A stretch of DNA of 64,000 nt from Hyphomicrobiales bacterium (GTDB lineage: Bacteria > Pseudomonadota > Alphaproteobacteria > Rhizobiales > Xanthobacteraceae). The number at the start of each line of letters is the position of its first letter. Positions within the stretch are counted from its first letter, which is position 1. The position numbers and the translations under genes are program-made. Under the pieces are notes generated by a model. The model searched no databases. It was not told the origin of the DNA and was given only the letters and a program-made list of their open reading frames with translations. Positions 48,229 through 58,971 of the stretch are shown piece by piece. The DNA lies in NCBI GenBank assembly GCA_016713235.1, contig JADJPN010000006.1:23782-87781 (forward strand). Direction: 5' to 3'.

Positions 48229-48948
48229 ATGCGCGTTCTGCTAATCGAAGACGACAGCGCGACGGCGAAAAGCGTCGAATTGATGCTGAAGTCCGAAAGT
48301 TTCAATGTTTACGTGACCGACCTCGGTGAAGAGGGTGTCGATCTCGGTAAACTCTACGATTACGACATTATCCTCCTCGATCTGAACCTCCCGGACATGT
48401 CCGGATATGAAGTTCTGAAGTCGTTGAGGGTCGCCAAGATCAAAACACCGATTTTGATCCTGTCGGGCCTCGCCGGCATCGAGGACAAGGTGAAGGGTCT
48501 CGGCTTCGGCGCCGACGACTATCTCACCAAGCCATTCCACAAGGACGAGCTGATCGCGCGCATCCACGCGGTGGTACGCCGCTCGAAGGGTCATGCGCAG
48601 TCGGTGATCAACACCGGCGACCTCGTCGTGAACCTCGACCAGAAGACGGTCGAAGTCGACGGCGCGCGGGTGCACCTGACCGGCAAGGAATATCAGATGC
48701 TGGAGCTGCTCTCGCTCCGCAAGGGCACCACGCTCACGAAAGAGATGTTCCTGAACCATCTCTACGGCGGCATGGACGAGCCGGAACTGAAAATCATCGA
48801 CGTGTTCATCTGCAAACTGCGCAAGAAGCTCGCGAACGCATCGAAGGCCCAGGATTGGCCGAACGGCAAGAACTACATCGAGACGGTCTGGGGCCGCGGC
48901 TACGTGCTGCGCGAGCCGACCGACGCGGACGAGCGCATCTCGGCGTAA
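48229..48948 (+). CDS. ctrA: cell cycle response regulator CtrA
   Basis: 239 aa. REC domain ([21 protein letters not shown]) plus an OmpR-type winged helix ([12 protein letters not shown]). The N-terminus [23 protein letters not shown] is characteristic of CtrA. Confidence 0.95.
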   Translation: MRVLLIEDDSATAKSVELMLKSESFNVYVTDLGEEGVDLGKLYDYDIILLDLNLPDMSGYEVLKSLRVAKIKTPILILSGLAGIEDKVKGLGFGADDYLTKPFHKDELIARIHAVVRRSKGHAQSVINTGDLVVNLDQKTVEVDGARVHLTGKEYQMLELLSLRKGTTLTKEMFLNHLYGGMDEPELKIIDVFICKLRKKLANASKAQDWPNGKNYIETVWGRGYVLREPTDADERISA

Positions 48949-48971
48949 GCCTTCTCTCATACGAAATTCAA

Positions 48972-48997
48972 AACCCCGGCCTGAGGCGGGGTTGTTT
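48972..48997 (+). terminator. hairpin terminator after ctrA
   Basis: AACCCCGGCC-TGA-GGCGGGGTT with one bulge, followed by GTTTG. Confidence 0.55.
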
Positions 48998-49023
48998 GCA
49001 GGGGAAGCCCGTGGACCTCTGGG

Positions 49024-49246
<223 letters not shown>

Positions 49247-49790
49247 AAAGAGTTGTTGAAAGTGCGATATTTTGGGGCGGTGGACGGGCGGATTGGCCAG
49301 CGCATCAAGCCGAGCGGGCGTTTCGCAATATCCGGAATGCGCCTGAAAGGAACGAAGGGCGAGCGTGATCGCAATCCGCCCCCCCACCGCTCGAAAACAC
49401 TTTAACCCAAAGGGGTAACCCCCCCCCCTTTGAAAACGAACCTACTTCTCGCAGGCCTCAGCCAAGCAAAATCCAGCCGCGTCTCACTGTAACTCGGCCT
49501 CCGCTTTTATCCCATTTGGCCTTGGCGGAAGGTCCCACGCTTGCGAGCTATGGCCGGGGCTCGAAGTTCTCCCAAAGTCCTTCCCCGCGCGCGAAAAAAA
49601 GGGAGGCTAACGCGTTCGCCATTGGGATTTACTGGCTCGGCGGCTGGACCATCTGCGGCTTCTTCGAAGGCCGCCTATCTGTACAGAATGCTGCAACCTC
49701 AGCCGGTTCAGCAAAAGAACATTACGCTTGCGGCGTACGCTTCCTTCAAAGGGGTCTTACAATTCTTTTAGAACAGGGAGGTTCACTCAA

Positions 49791-50366
49791 TCAGGTGGCG
49801 ACAAGGGGGCGCGCCCTAACAGCCGCGCTACACAGACCAACCGTAAACGGTAAGCGTCCAGCAACGCTGCGCGATAAGCTGAGTCGTGTCCGCGAGCTCT
49901 GTTCAGCTTGCGCCAGAAAGTCGGCGCCCGCGGCGGGCGTCCCTGCAACCGTCCTTGGAGGCTCGCACGGCACGGCAGTCTTGGGATCGCGCGAATGGCT
50001 CTTTTGAGACCGATTCCGGCACTCGGTTGTCTTCCGCCACGGAGCGGCATCCGTCTTCACCGCCGACCTTTTCACTGACAAGCTGCTCCATGCCCCAAAC
50101 GCCCTCACCCCTTCTCGACCCCTCCGCACCGCCTCCTCGAACGAATAGCCAAGCTCGCGCGACGTCATGAGATCGACGATGAATTCGCGCGCCTCTAACG
50201 GAACGCAGTCCGAATAAAGCGCGAGACACCGCTCCGCATGTCCCTTGCACTTCTTCGCGCGCTTGCATGATGCGCGATCGCAAAACTGCGGAATGCGAAG
50301 CACGTCGCTGAATTGGCGAAGATCTGCGTTGCGCTCCGCATGCGGACTAGGCTCTGGACGGGTCAC
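49791..50366 (-). CDS. hypothetical protein; only the N-terminal ~95 codons (Cys/Arg-rich, RIPQFCDRASCKRAKKCKGHAERCL) look protein-like
   Basis: It is the longest ORF in an otherwise gene-poor 2 kb. The C-terminal half has non-coding-like composition, so the true stop may have been lost. Confidence 0.3.
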   Translation of the reverse strand: MTRPEPSPHAERNADLRQFSDVLRIPQFCDRASCKRAKKCKGHAERCLALYSDCVPLEAREFIVDLMTSRELGYSFEEAVRRGREGVRAFGAWSSLSVKRSAVKTDAAPWRKTTECRNRSQKSHSRDPKTAVPCEPPRTVAGTPAAGADFLAQAEQSSRTRLSLSRSVAGRLPFTVGLCSAAVRARPLVAT

Positions 50367-50924
50367 AGGCTCTCCTCTCCGCGGCTCGGTTTCAGCCCGG
50401 GTTTTGAAAATGAAGGGGGACGGAGCGCCGGAAAGCGCAACTTCGTCCTTTGTGGTGCGAACTTCTCTCGAAGCCCGCCTCGCCTTCCGGTTCGGCGCTG
50501 CCTGCTTTCCGAAATCCTTCGGATTTCGGGCAGGAGCGCTCGCCGCTCCGTCTCGGCGTCTTCGACAGCTTCAGGCCGCGCTTTTCGTGAAGCATTCCCG
50601 AGAGAATGCTTCTCCGTCAGCCGGCTCCCGGCAGGCGAGTCTAATCTCGCCGGGCGGTGCCCTGAAACCGCTCCTGAGCTTGCGCTGCGAACGCACGCGC
50701 AGAATCGCCGCCTCCCGCTCCGCTATCTCGACGCCTCGCGAAGCGCCCTTCATTGAGCGGAAGATGTAGGACTATATTCCTTCAATATGGCGAGAGCATG
50801 ACCGGCGCAGCGATTGCCCCATCGGCGTCTCGGTTTTCACGGCAATGACAGTGCTTGGGCAGGCGGCGCGCGGCAGATAGCGGCGGCAGTTACCGGCGCA
50901 GCTATTTTGAGGCTTCGCGGCGGC

Positions 50925-51686
50925 CTAGTTCTTCAGCCGGTATCCGGTCCGGAAAATCCACCAGATCATCGCGATACAGGCGCCCAGAAACGCAAGCGTC
51001 ATGCCGAGCGAGATCGCGACGTTCACGTCCGCCACTTCATAGAAGCTCCAGCGGAATCCCGAGATCAGGTAGACGATCGGATTGAAGAAGGTGACCACCT
51101 GCCAGAACGGCGGCAGCACGCTCACCGAGTAGAACGCGCCGCCGAGGAAGGTCAGCGGCGTGATGATAAGGAGCGGCACGATCTGCAATTTTTCGAAGCC
51201 GTCCGCCCAGATGCCGATGATGAAGCCGAGCAGGCTGAAGGTCACCGCCGTCAGCACCAGGAACGAAATCATCCAGACCGGATGCGCGATCCGCACCGGC
51301 ACGAACAGCCACGAGGTCGCAAGAATAATGAGGCCGAGGATGATCGACTTGGTCGCGGCGGCGCCGACATAGCCGATCACGATTTCAATGAAGGAAATCG
51401 GCGCGGACAAAAGCTCATAGATCGTGCCGGTGAACTTCGGAAAATAGATGCCGAAGGAGGCGTTCATCACGCTCTGCATGAGCAGCGTCAGCATGATCAG
51501 CCCCGGCACGATGAAGGAGCCGTAATCGACACCGTCCATCTCCGTGATGCGCGAGCCGATGGCGGCGCCGAACACGACGAAATAGAGCGAGGTCGAAATC
51601 ACGGGCGCAAGAATACTTTGAAATAACGTGCGGCCCGTGCGCGCCATCTCGAAGCGGTAGATCGCCTTGACTGCGCGCCAGTTCAT
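50925..51686 (-). CDS. ABC-2 type transporter permease
   Basis: 253 aa with six hydrophobic helices and an ABC-2 N-terminal pattern ([22 protein letters not shown]). It overlaps the ATPase gene by 4 nt. Confidence 0.9.
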   Translation of the reverse strand: MNWRAVKAIYRFEMARTGRTLFQSILAPVISTSLYFVVFGAAIGSRITEMDGVDYGSFIVPGLIMLTLLMQSVMNASFGIYFPKFTGTIYELLSAPISFIEIVIGYVGAAATKSIILGLIILATSWLFVPVRIAHPVWMISFLVLTAVTFSLLGFIIGIWADGFEKLQIVPLLIITPLTFLGGAFYSVSVLPPFWQVVTFFNPIVYLISGFRWSFYEVADVNVAISLGMTLAFLGACIAMIWWIFRTGYRLKN

Positions 51687-52630
51687 TTCGCGGCTCCGTT
51701 GCGGTCCTGATGCACGAGACCGACAAAGATTTCCTCAAGCGAGCTTTGCTTGGTCGAAAGATCCTTGAAGCGGATGCCGGCCTCGGTCAGCGAGGCGAGC
51801 AGCCGCGTGATGCCGGTGCGGTCGGCCTGCGTGTCGTAGGTGTAGGTCAACTCGTCGCCATCGGGTGAGAGTGAAAGCTGAGCGCCGCCGAACAGGCCGG
51901 CCGGCAGCGCGGCAAGCTTCTCCTGCAACTGAAGCGTGAGCTGCTTCTTGCCGAGCTTGTGCATCAGCTCTTTCTTCTCTTCGACCAGAATGATCTCGCC
52001 GTTGGAAATGACACCGATCCGGTCGGCCATGTCCTCGGCTTCCTCGATGTAATGCGTGGTCAGGATGATGGTGACGCCGGATGCGCGCAGCGCCCGCACC
52101 ACCTGCCACATACCCTTGCGCAGTTCGACATCGACCCCCGCGGTCGGCTCGTCGAGAAACAGGATCTGCGGCTCATGCGAAAGCGCTTTTGCGATCAGCA
52201 CGCGGCGCTTCATGCCGCCCGAGAGCGTCATGATTTTGTCGTTGCGCTTTTCCCAGAGCGAAAGGCTTCTCAAGATCTTTTCGATGTAGGCCGGGTTCTT
52301 CGGCTTGCCGAACAAGCCGCGGCTGAAGCAGACCGTGGCCCAGACCGACTCGAACGCGTCGGTCGTCAGCTCCTGCGGGACGAGGCCGATCATTTCGCGT
52401 GCGGCGCGAAAATCCGTGACGTTATCGTGACCGCCGACGGTGACGGTTCCCGAGGACGGATTGACCGTGCCGCAGACGACACCGATCAGCGTGGTCTTGC
52501 CCGCACCATTCGGGCCCAGAAGCGCGAAGATTTCGCCGCGGCGGATGCCTAGATTCACGTTCTTCAGCGCAGTGAAGCCGGTGGCATAGGTCTTCGACAG
52601 ACCGGAAATGGCAATAATAATGTCCTGCAT
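51683..52630 (-). CDS. ABC transporter ATP-binding protein (ABC-2 exporter partner)
   Basis: Walker [10 protein letters not shown], signature LSGGMKRR and Walker B ILFLDEPT. Confidence 0.92.
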   Translation of the reverse strand: MQDIIIAISGLSKTYATGFTALKNVNLGIRRGEIFALLGPNGAGKTTLIGVVCGTVNPSSGTVTVGGHDNVTDFRAAREMIGLVPQELTTDAFESVWATVCFSRGLFGKPKNPAYIEKILRSLSLWEKRNDKIMTLSGGMKRRVLIAKALSHEPQILFLDEPTAGVDVELRKGMWQVVRALRASGVTIILTTHYIEEAEDMADRIGVISNGEIILVEEKKELMHKLGKKQLTLQLQEKLAALPAGLFGGAQLSLSPDGDELTYTYDTQADRTGITRLLASLTEAGIRFKDLSTKQSSLEEIFVGLVHQDRNGAAK

Positions 52631-52762
52631 CGGCGGGCCTCATACTACGGTTCATGCGCCTACTCCAGAACCTGTGAGCAACGCCGCTTTGCACTGGCCG
52701 CAGATTGGCCGCAATGCAATTCCTCACTCCCGTCCTACGTGAAAGCAATCGAGGATTCGTCC

Positions 52763-53281
52763 ATGCAAACCCTCCTCCGCGCGGCCATGATTGCAGCAGC
52801 CGCGCTTTCCTTCGCCGCCCCCCATGCGGCCGCGCAAGGCAGCCCGCCGGAACTCAAGCAGATCAAGCTCACCGAACAGCAGGTACAGAGCTTTATCGCG
52901 GCGCAAAACGATCTCAACGCCGTCACCTCGAAGATCAAAGGCGATAAGCCCGATCCAAAGCTCGTGATCGAGCTTGAAGCCGCCGCGAAAAAGCACGGGT
53001 TCGCCAGCTTGCAGGACCTCGACGACGTATCGGCGAACATCGGTCTTGTGATGTCGGGCTTCGACCCGAAGACCAAGGAATTCTCGCAGCCGCCCGAAGC
53101 GCTGAAGAAAGAGATCGCGGCGGTCAATGCCGACAAGTCGATCCCGGCGAATGAAAAGAAGCAAATTCTCGATGAATTGAAGGTGGCGCAGCAATTCGCA
53201 AAGCCGGTGCAGTTCCCCGAGAACGTCGAACTGATCAAGAAGTATTACGACAGGATCGAAGGCGCGATGCCGAAGGGCTGA
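52763..53281 (+). CDS. exported hypothetical protein
   Basis: ATG 52763 lies 7 nt after GAGGA. Signal peptide MQTLLRAAMIAAAALSFAAPHAAA. A strong terminator follows. Confidence 0.7.
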   Translation: MQTLLRAAMIAAAALSFAAPHAAAQGSPPELKQIKLTEQQVQSFIAAQNDLNAVTSKIKGDKPDPKLVIELEAAAKKHGFASLQDLDDVSANIGLVMSGFDPKTKEFSQPPEALKKEIAAVNADKSIPANEKKQILDELKVAQQFAKPVQFPENVELIKKYYDRIEGAMPKG

Positions 53282-53301
53282 CCTGCGCCGCCCCTGCAAC
53301 G

Positions 53302-53335
53302 AAAAGGCCGCCTTCGAGGCGGCCTTTTTTGTTTT
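53302..53335. terminator. bidirectional intrinsic terminator (between the exported-protein gene and cheR)
   Basis: AAAA-GGCCGCC-TTCGA-GGCGGCC-TTTTTTGTTTT. Confidence 0.8.
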
Positions 53336-53349
53336 GGCGCTGCGCGAAG

Positions 53350-54201
53350 TTACGCGCTCATCGCCGCCAATTGCGGCTGGGGCTTCTTCGCCGCCGCGTG
53401 CACATAAAGCCCGCGCTTCTCGGGCATCGGCGCGAACAGATTGGTGAAGCCGACCACGGTTTCGGCGGCACCCAGCAGAAGATGCCCGTCTTTCACGAGC
53501 GTGCGCGAAATACGCGAGAGCACATCCTGCTTGGTCTTACTGTCGAAATAGATCAGCACATTGCGACAGAAGATGACGTCGAACATGCCGAGCGGCGCGA
53601 AACTGTCGAGCAGATTGTGCTGGCGGTATTGCACCATGTCGCGCAGCTCCTGCGAAATGCGCCACTGATCGCCGTCCTGCTTGAAATATTTCAGGAGCAG
53701 CTGGATCGGCAAGCCGCGCTGCACCTCGAACTGGGTGTAGAGCCCGGACTTCGCCTTCTCCAGGACTTCGGTGGAAATATCGCTCGCGACGATCGAGATC
53801 TTCCAGCCCGCGAATGCAGCCCCCGCCTGCTTGAACATCATCGCCAGCGAATAAGGCTCCTGCCCCGTGGACGACGCCGCACACCAGATACGCAGACGTT
53901 TCGAAGCGCCGCGAATTTTCTGCATGTAGGGCAGCACCGTATCCTGAAACCGATCGAACGGCGTCTTGTCGCGGAAGAAGAAGCTTTCGTTGATCGTCAT
54001 CGCTTCGGTGACGCGCCGGCGCAGCGGCTCTTCCGCGAAGGCCTTGAGCTTGGTGACGAGATCGCCAATAGAGCCGCAATTGTTCTCGCGCGCTACCGGA
54101 AGCAGGCGGCTCTCGATCAAATATTGTTTGTCGCCCGCGAGCTGTAATCCGGAGCGCTCGTTCAGAAGCTTGCTGAGATACGCATAATCCTGCGGTGTCA
54201 C
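53350..54201 (-). CDS. cheR: chemotaxis protein methyltransferase CheR
   Basis: The GTG 54201 start overlaps the cheB stop (GTGA) and an AGGAG lies 7 nt upstream. SAM-binding block CAASSTGQEPYSLAM. Confidence 0.9.
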   Translation of the reverse strand: MTPQDYAYLSKLLNERSGLQLAGDKQYLIESRLLPVARENNCGSIGDLVTKLKAFAEEPLRRRVTEAMTINESFFFRDKTPFDRFQDTVLPYMQKIRGASKRLRIWCAASSTGQEPYSLAMMFKQAGAAFAGWKISIVASDISTEVLEKAKSGLYTQFEVQRGLPIQLLLKYFKQDGDQWRISQELRDMVQYRQHNLLDSFAPLGMFDVIFCRNVLIYFDSKTKQDVLSRISRTLVKDGHLLLGAAETVVGFTNLFAPMPEKRGLYVHAAAKKPQPQLAAMSA

Positions 54202-55325
54202 GAAAAATCTCCTAAAACAATACGGACGGCCTTGGGGCCGATTTCGTTGATAGGCAACACGGCTGCGCATGCGCCGGCGTTCACCGCCGAGCCCGGCATG
54301 CCCCAGATCACACTGGTCGCTTCATCCTGCGCAATCACGTTGCCGCCGTTATCGGCGATGGCAAGCGCACCCTTCTTGCCGTCCGCGCCCATGCCGGTGA
54401 GCACGATGCAGAGTGCGCGGCCATCGAGTGCGCTGGCAGCGGACAAAAACAACGCATCCACGGCAGGCTTGCAGAAATGAATCGGCGCGGAGTCGTCGAT
54501 CACAACTTCCACGCCGTGCTCGCGCTTGATCAGCGCCAGATGCTTGCCGCCAGGCGCGACGTAAATCATTCCGGCCTTCAGCGGTTCACCGTTGATCGCT
54601 TCGCGCGCGGGTTTACCGGCAACGCGGCCGAGATGCTCGGCCAGCGTCGCCGTAAAAATCGGCGGCATGTGCTGCACGATCAGCACCGGCACCCGGTCGA
54701 TGACCGGCACCAGATCCTTGACGAGAACCTGCAACGCCTGCGGGCCGCCGGTGGAAGCGCCGACCAGAATCGCACGCGGCAAAATCTTCGAGAAGGCGCG
54801 CTGCTTGATGTCACTGCCCAGCGCCTTATGCGTGAGCGGCGCGGCACGAATTTCATGGCGCGGCAACGGCCTCGCGGCACTGCGCCTTCCGCAGAGATGG
54901 CGGATCTTGTCGATCAGTTCGCGGCGAAATCCCTCCGCAGCGCCGGGCGTCTGGTTGATGTCCGGCTTCGGCACGCAATCCGAAGCGCCGAGCGACAGCG
55001 CCTTGAGCGTGACCTCGGCACCGCGCCTGGTCAACGTGGAAGCCATGATCACCGGCAGGCGCGGCCGGCGCTGATGCAGTGCTTTGAGCGTCGCAATGCC
55101 GTCGAGTTCCGGCATCTCGATGTCGAGGACCACGATATCGGGATTGGCCACGTCGAACTGTTCGAGCGCTTCGCGCCCGTTCTTGCAAACGCGCACCACC
55201 TGCATGTCGGACTCAAGCCCGACCCAGCGCGAAACGAGACCGCGCACGACGACGGCGTCGTCGACGATCATCACGCGCACCGGCAGCGCGTTCTTCGTTT
55301 GCGGAAGGGGACGAAGCTGCGACAT
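54198..55325 (-). CDS. cheB: protein-glutamate methylesterase/glutaminase CheB
   Basis: N-terminal REC (VMIVDDAVVVR, DIEMPELDG) plus a methylesterase domain (GASTGGPQAL). Confidence 0.93.
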   Translation of the reverse strand: MSQLRPLPQTKNALPVRVMIVDDAVVVRGLVSRWVGLESDMQVVRVCKNGREALEQFDVANPDIVVLDIEMPELDGIATLKALHQRRPRLPVIMASTLTRRGAEVTLKALSLGASDCVPKPDINQTPGAAEGFRRELIDKIRHLCGRRSAARPLPRHEIRAAPLTHKALGSDIKQRAFSKILPRAILVGASTGGPQALQVLVKDLVPVIDRVPVLIVQHMPPIFTATLAEHLGRVAGKPAREAINGEPLKAGMIYVAPGGKHLALIKREHGVEVVIDDSAPIHFCKPAVDALFLSAASALDGRALCIVLTGMGADGKKGALAIADNGGNVIAQDEATSVIWGMPGSAVNAGACAAVLPINEIGPKAVRIVLGDFS

Positions 55326-55368
55326 GTTCGGAAGCGAACGCGGGGTTAGCGCAACGCCCGCGTCCGGA

Positions 55369-55734
55369 TCAGATCAGTCCTACTTCCTGGAACTTCGCTT
55401 CGACAATTTCCTTGTCGAATGGCTTCATGATGTATTCGTCCGCGCCCGCATGCATCGCACGCGCGATATGCGCAAGATCGTTCTCGGTGGTGCAGAACAC
55501 GACTTTCGGCTTGTCGCCGGATGGCATCGCGCCAAGCGCTCGCAGGAAATCGAAGCCGTCCATAACCGGCATATTCCAGTCGAGCAGGATCGCTTCCGGC
55601 ATTTCCTTGCCGCAAACGTCCAGAGCCTGACGGCCATCGGAAGCCTCGATTACGGAGAAGCCGAAATTCTCCAGTATTCGCCGCGCGACCTTGCGGATGA
55701 CACTGGAGTCGTCGACGATGAGACAGCGTTTCAT
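55369..55734 (-). CDS. cheY: chemotaxis response regulator CheY
   Basis: 121-aa single REC domain with the motifs CLIVDDSSVIR, DWNMPVMDG and IMKPF. Confidence 0.93.
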   Translation of the reverse strand: MKRCLIVDDSSVIRKVARRILENFGFSVIEASDGRQALDVCGKEMPEAILLDWNMPVMDGFDFLRALGAMPSGDKPKVVFCTTENDLAHIARAMHAGADEYIMKPFDKEIVEAKFQEVGLI

Positions 55735-55756
55735 TTTCTTGGGTCCTTCCTATTGA

Positions 55757-56212
55757 TCACGCAGCGAGCGTGTCTTTTCGAAAATCGAGAACTTTATCGA
55801 CGTCGAGCACGACCATGAGACGGTCCTCCAGACGGTAGATGCCGGCGGAGATCGCAACCCAGCCCTGCTGCAAATTGATCGGCACGGCATCGAACGCATC
55901 CGATGAGAGCTTGAGCACTTCGCCCATGGCATCCACGAGCAAGCCGTAGGCTTCGCTGCCATGATCGATGCCGATCGCCATTTGTTTCTCGTGGCCTTCG
56001 CGCACCGGCAAACCGAGACGCTTGCGCATATCGAGCGCGGTGACCACGCGGCCGCGCAAATTCAGCACGCCGGAAATTTCTGCTGGTGCGAGCGGCACAT
56101 GCGTAATGCGCTCGACTTCGAATACGTCGTGCACGCGCGTGATCGGAATGCCGAACAACTGCCCGGCAATCCAGGCCGTGACGAATTCGAGTTCAATTGC
56201 AGCCCGGCTCAT
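55757..56212 (-). CDS. cheW: chemotaxis coupling protein CheW
   Basis: 151-aa CheW-like domain. It overlaps the cheA stop by 4 nt. Confidence 0.9.
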   Translation of the reverse strand: MSRAAIELEFVTAWIAGQLFGIPITRVHDVFEVERITHVPLAPAEISGVLNLRGRVVTALDMRKRLGLPVREGHEKQMAIGIDHGSEAYGLLVDAMGEVLKLSSDAFDAVPINLQQGWVAISAGIYRLEDRLMVVLDVDKVLDFRKDTLAA

Positions 56213-58818
56213 GCGGCCTCCTGCAATTCGACGCTGGCCGTCTTCAGCGCCTGCAACAGCCCACGCCGGTCGAACTTCGCGATATAGGCATGCATGCCAG
56301 CGTGCTTGCTTTTCGTAACGGCGGCACCCGAGAGCGAAGAGGAAAGTGCAACCACCGGCAGATGCGCGGTGCGCGCATTCGCGCGCAGCGCTTCGGCCAA
56401 CGCGTAGCCGTCCATCTCGGACATTTCGATATCGGTGACGACAAGATCGAACCGCGCACCGCGCCCGATAATCGCCAGCGCTTCCTTGCCGCTCGAGAGC
56501 TCGGTTACGTCATAGCCCGCCGCCTGCAATACCGGCGCAAGCATGTTGCGGAAAAATGCGGAGTCGTCGACGAAGAGAAGCTTCTTCTTCTCGCGCCCCG
56601 GACCCGATTTTCCGTGGAACCAGTCGGCAAAACCGAGCGGGAGAAAATACGCGACATCGATGATTTCGGTCGCCTGCTCACGAATGATCGCGGAGCCCAA
56701 CACGCCCGGCGTGTCGCTCGTGACTTTAATCTCAAGGCGATCTTCGACGATATCGACGATCTCATCGACAATGAGACCGACCGAGCGGCCGCCATCGGTA
56801 AACACAAGCAGCGGCTGGGTGCCGTCCTGCGCGAGTTTCGCATTCGCATCCGCCGGAACGAGCGGCATCAGGCCACCGCGATATTGCACCATCGGCCGGC
56901 CGCTGGAGAATTCGATCTTGCTGGTGTCGATCTCTTCAAGGCGTGTGAGCAGCGAAAGCGGCACCGCCTTCAGCGCGCCAGAGCCGGCGCGGAATATCAG
57001 CATGGAAACCGGCTTCAGCGTATCGGTATCGGACGCTTCTTGTTTAGGAGCGAAATCGATCGTGCGCTCTTCGCGCGACGCGCCGATCGATTCCGCGATC
57101 CCGTTCGGGTCCAGGATCATGATGACGGCGCCGTCACCCAGAATCGTATTGCCGCCGAGCACCTTGATTCCGCGCAGACTCGCCGCCACCGGCTTCACGA
57201 CGATTTCTTCGGTATGCAGCACATCATCGACCACGATGCCAAAGAGGCTCGCGCCGACCTGCATAACAACAACGAAGGCTTCGCTGCCGGCAGCGGGCTG
57301 CTTCGGCAATTTCAAAAGTTGGCTGAGCGAAAGCAGCGGCAACAGCTTGTCGCGCAACCGCAAGATGAGCGCGCCGTTGATTTCCTCGACCAGATTTGCG
57401 TTCGAAGCACGATGCACAAGCTCGACCACCGCAACCTGCGGAATGGCGTAGCGCTCGCCACCCGACTGCACGATCAGCGCCGGCACGATCGCAAGCGTCA
57501 GCGGAATCTTGATCAGGAAGGTCGAACCGCGGCCTTGCGTCGATTTCAGATCGATGGTGCCGCCGATCTGGTCGATATTCGTTTTCACGACATCCATGCC
57601 GACGCCACGGCCGGATACGCTCGTTACTTTTTCTGCGGTCGAGAAACCCGGCGCGAAAATCAGTTTATGAAGCTGTGCCTCGGTCGGATGCTCGCCTTCT
57701 CCGATCAGGCCGGCTTCAATCGCGCGCTTGCGGATCTTGGCGACGTTCAGCCCGCGGCCGTCATCGGCAATTTCGATCACAATCTGACCACTCGCCTGAT
57801 AAGCGGAAAGACGGATCGTTCCCTTCGCGGGCTTGCCGGCCTTGATACGGTCTTCGGTGGTTTCCAGACCGTGATCGGCCGAGTTGCGCACCATGTGCGT
57901 CAGCGGATCGCGGATAATGTCGAGCACCTGGCGGTCGAGTTCGGTCTCGGCGCCGTGCATTTCCAGTTCAATGTCTTTGCCGAGTTCGTGACCGAGATCG
58001 CGCGCAATGCGCGGCAGCTTCGCCCAGGCGTTGCCGATCGGCTGCATGCGGGTCTTCATGACCCCTTCCTGCAACTCGGCGGTGACGTTCGAGAGCCGCT
58101 GGAGCGGCACTTTGAATTCGCTTTCCGAATGACGGCGGACAATTTCCAGAAGCTGGTTGCGGGTGAGCACCAGTTCCGAAACCATCGTCATCAGCCGCTC
58201 GACGGTGTCGACCGAGACGCGCAGCGTCTGCGCGCCACCCGGACCCGTATCCGGATGACGACGCTCGCCCGCACGGCGATCAGCTTCGCGCTTGTCGGCT
58301 GGCTTGCCTTCCGGCCCCGGCGTATCGCGGAACGCGCGCTCCAGATCGTCGAGTGAAACTTCGTCTGGCCGGAGCGCACGCTCGAGCACTTGCGGCGCGA
58401 GCGCGCCGATGGTGATTTCTTTGTTCGCCGGTATCGGCGCGTCGCGGTCGCGCGCCATCTGCTCGAGCTGCACGATAAGGTCGTCATCGGAGCCGGAGGG
58501 CTCGGCGGCGGTCGCCTCCAGTTCGGCGAGAATGGATTTCAGGCGATCGATGGTGACAAGCACGAGCGACACGGCGTCCGCCGTTACCGGCGCGCCGTCG
58601 CGGAATTTTCCCATTACGGCTTCGGCGGCATGCGCCAACGCTTCCAGGCGCGGCAGACCGATGAAGCCGCAGGTGCCCTTGATCGTATGCACGAGACGGA
58701 AAATGCGACCCAGGATGTCGGCGTTGTTCGGCTCCTGTTCGAAGCGGACAAGCTCGATATCGACGACGTCGAGACTCTCGTTTGTCTCGGTCAGAAATTC
58801 CCGGAGCAGGTCTTCCAT
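56209..58818 (-). CDS. cheA: chemotaxis histidine kinase CheA with a C-terminal receiver domain
   Basis: HPt domain (HTIKGTCGF), HATPase_c (GRGVGMD), a CheW-like domain and a C-terminal REC (LLFVDDSAFFR...DIEMSEMDG). Confidence 0.95.
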   Translation of the reverse strand: MEDLLREFLTETNESLDVVDIELVRFEQEPNNADILGRIFRLVHTIKGTCGFIGLPRLEALAHAAEAVMGKFRDGAPVTADAVSLVLVTIDRLKSILAELEATAAEPSGSDDDLIVQLEQMARDRDAPIPANKEITIGALAPQVLERALRPDEVSLDDLERAFRDTPGPEGKPADKREADRRAGERRHPDTGPGGAQTLRVSVDTVERLMTMVSELVLTRNQLLEIVRRHSESEFKVPLQRLSNVTAELQEGVMKTRMQPIGNAWAKLPRIARDLGHELGKDIELEMHGAETELDRQVLDIIRDPLTHMVRNSADHGLETTEDRIKAGKPAKGTIRLSAYQASGQIVIEIADDGRGLNVAKIRKRAIEAGLIGEGEHPTEAQLHKLIFAPGFSTAEKVTSVSGRGVGMDVVKTNIDQIGGTIDLKSTQGRGSTFLIKIPLTLAIVPALIVQSGGERYAIPQVAVVELVHRASNANLVEEINGALILRLRDKLLPLLSLSQLLKLPKQPAAGSEAFVVVMQVGASLFGIVVDDVLHTEEIVVKPVAASLRGIKVLGGNTILGDGAVIMILDPNGIAESIGASREERTIDFAPKQEASDTDTLKPVSMLIFRAGSGALKAVPLSLLTRLEEIDTSKIEFSSGRPMVQYRGGLMPLVPADANAKLAQDGTQPLLVFTDGGRSVGLIVDEIVDIVEDRLEIKVTSDTPGVLGSAIIREQATEIIDVAYFLPLGFADWFHGKSGPGREKKKLLFVDDSAFFRNMLAPVLQAAGYDVTELSSGKEALAIIGRGARFDLVVTDIEMSEMDGYALAEALRANARTAHLPVVALSSSLSGAAVTKSKHAGMHAYIAKFDRRGLLQALKTASVELQEAA

Positions 58819-58971
58819 GGCGGCCGCGCATATCCCAAAGGCGGGCCTGGGCCTCGAAAAAGGCCCGGTCCGCGATGCTCGGCCAGTATTGGTTCGGGAG
58901 AGTTAAGATTGATTAAAACGGCTGCCGTTCCAGGCGAGCCGGAGTCCGCCAGAAGCCTTGATTTTATTGGC

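Noticed and set aside
49450-50100. Possible tmRNA (two-piece), RNase P or SRP RNA in the gene-poor region
   Set aside because: I looked for a tag-like ORF ending in AA-stop, a T-arm plus CCA end, and the GGAAAGUCCGGGC or GGAAGCAGCC cores. None was found. The weak resemblance at 49531-49545 (GGAAGGTCCCACGC) is insufficient.
56197-58356. 719-aa plus-strand ORF opposite cheA
   Set aside because: The minus strand encodes a complete CheA (HPt, kinase, CheW-like and REC domains). The plus-strand product has no motifs and shows high-GC antisense composition.
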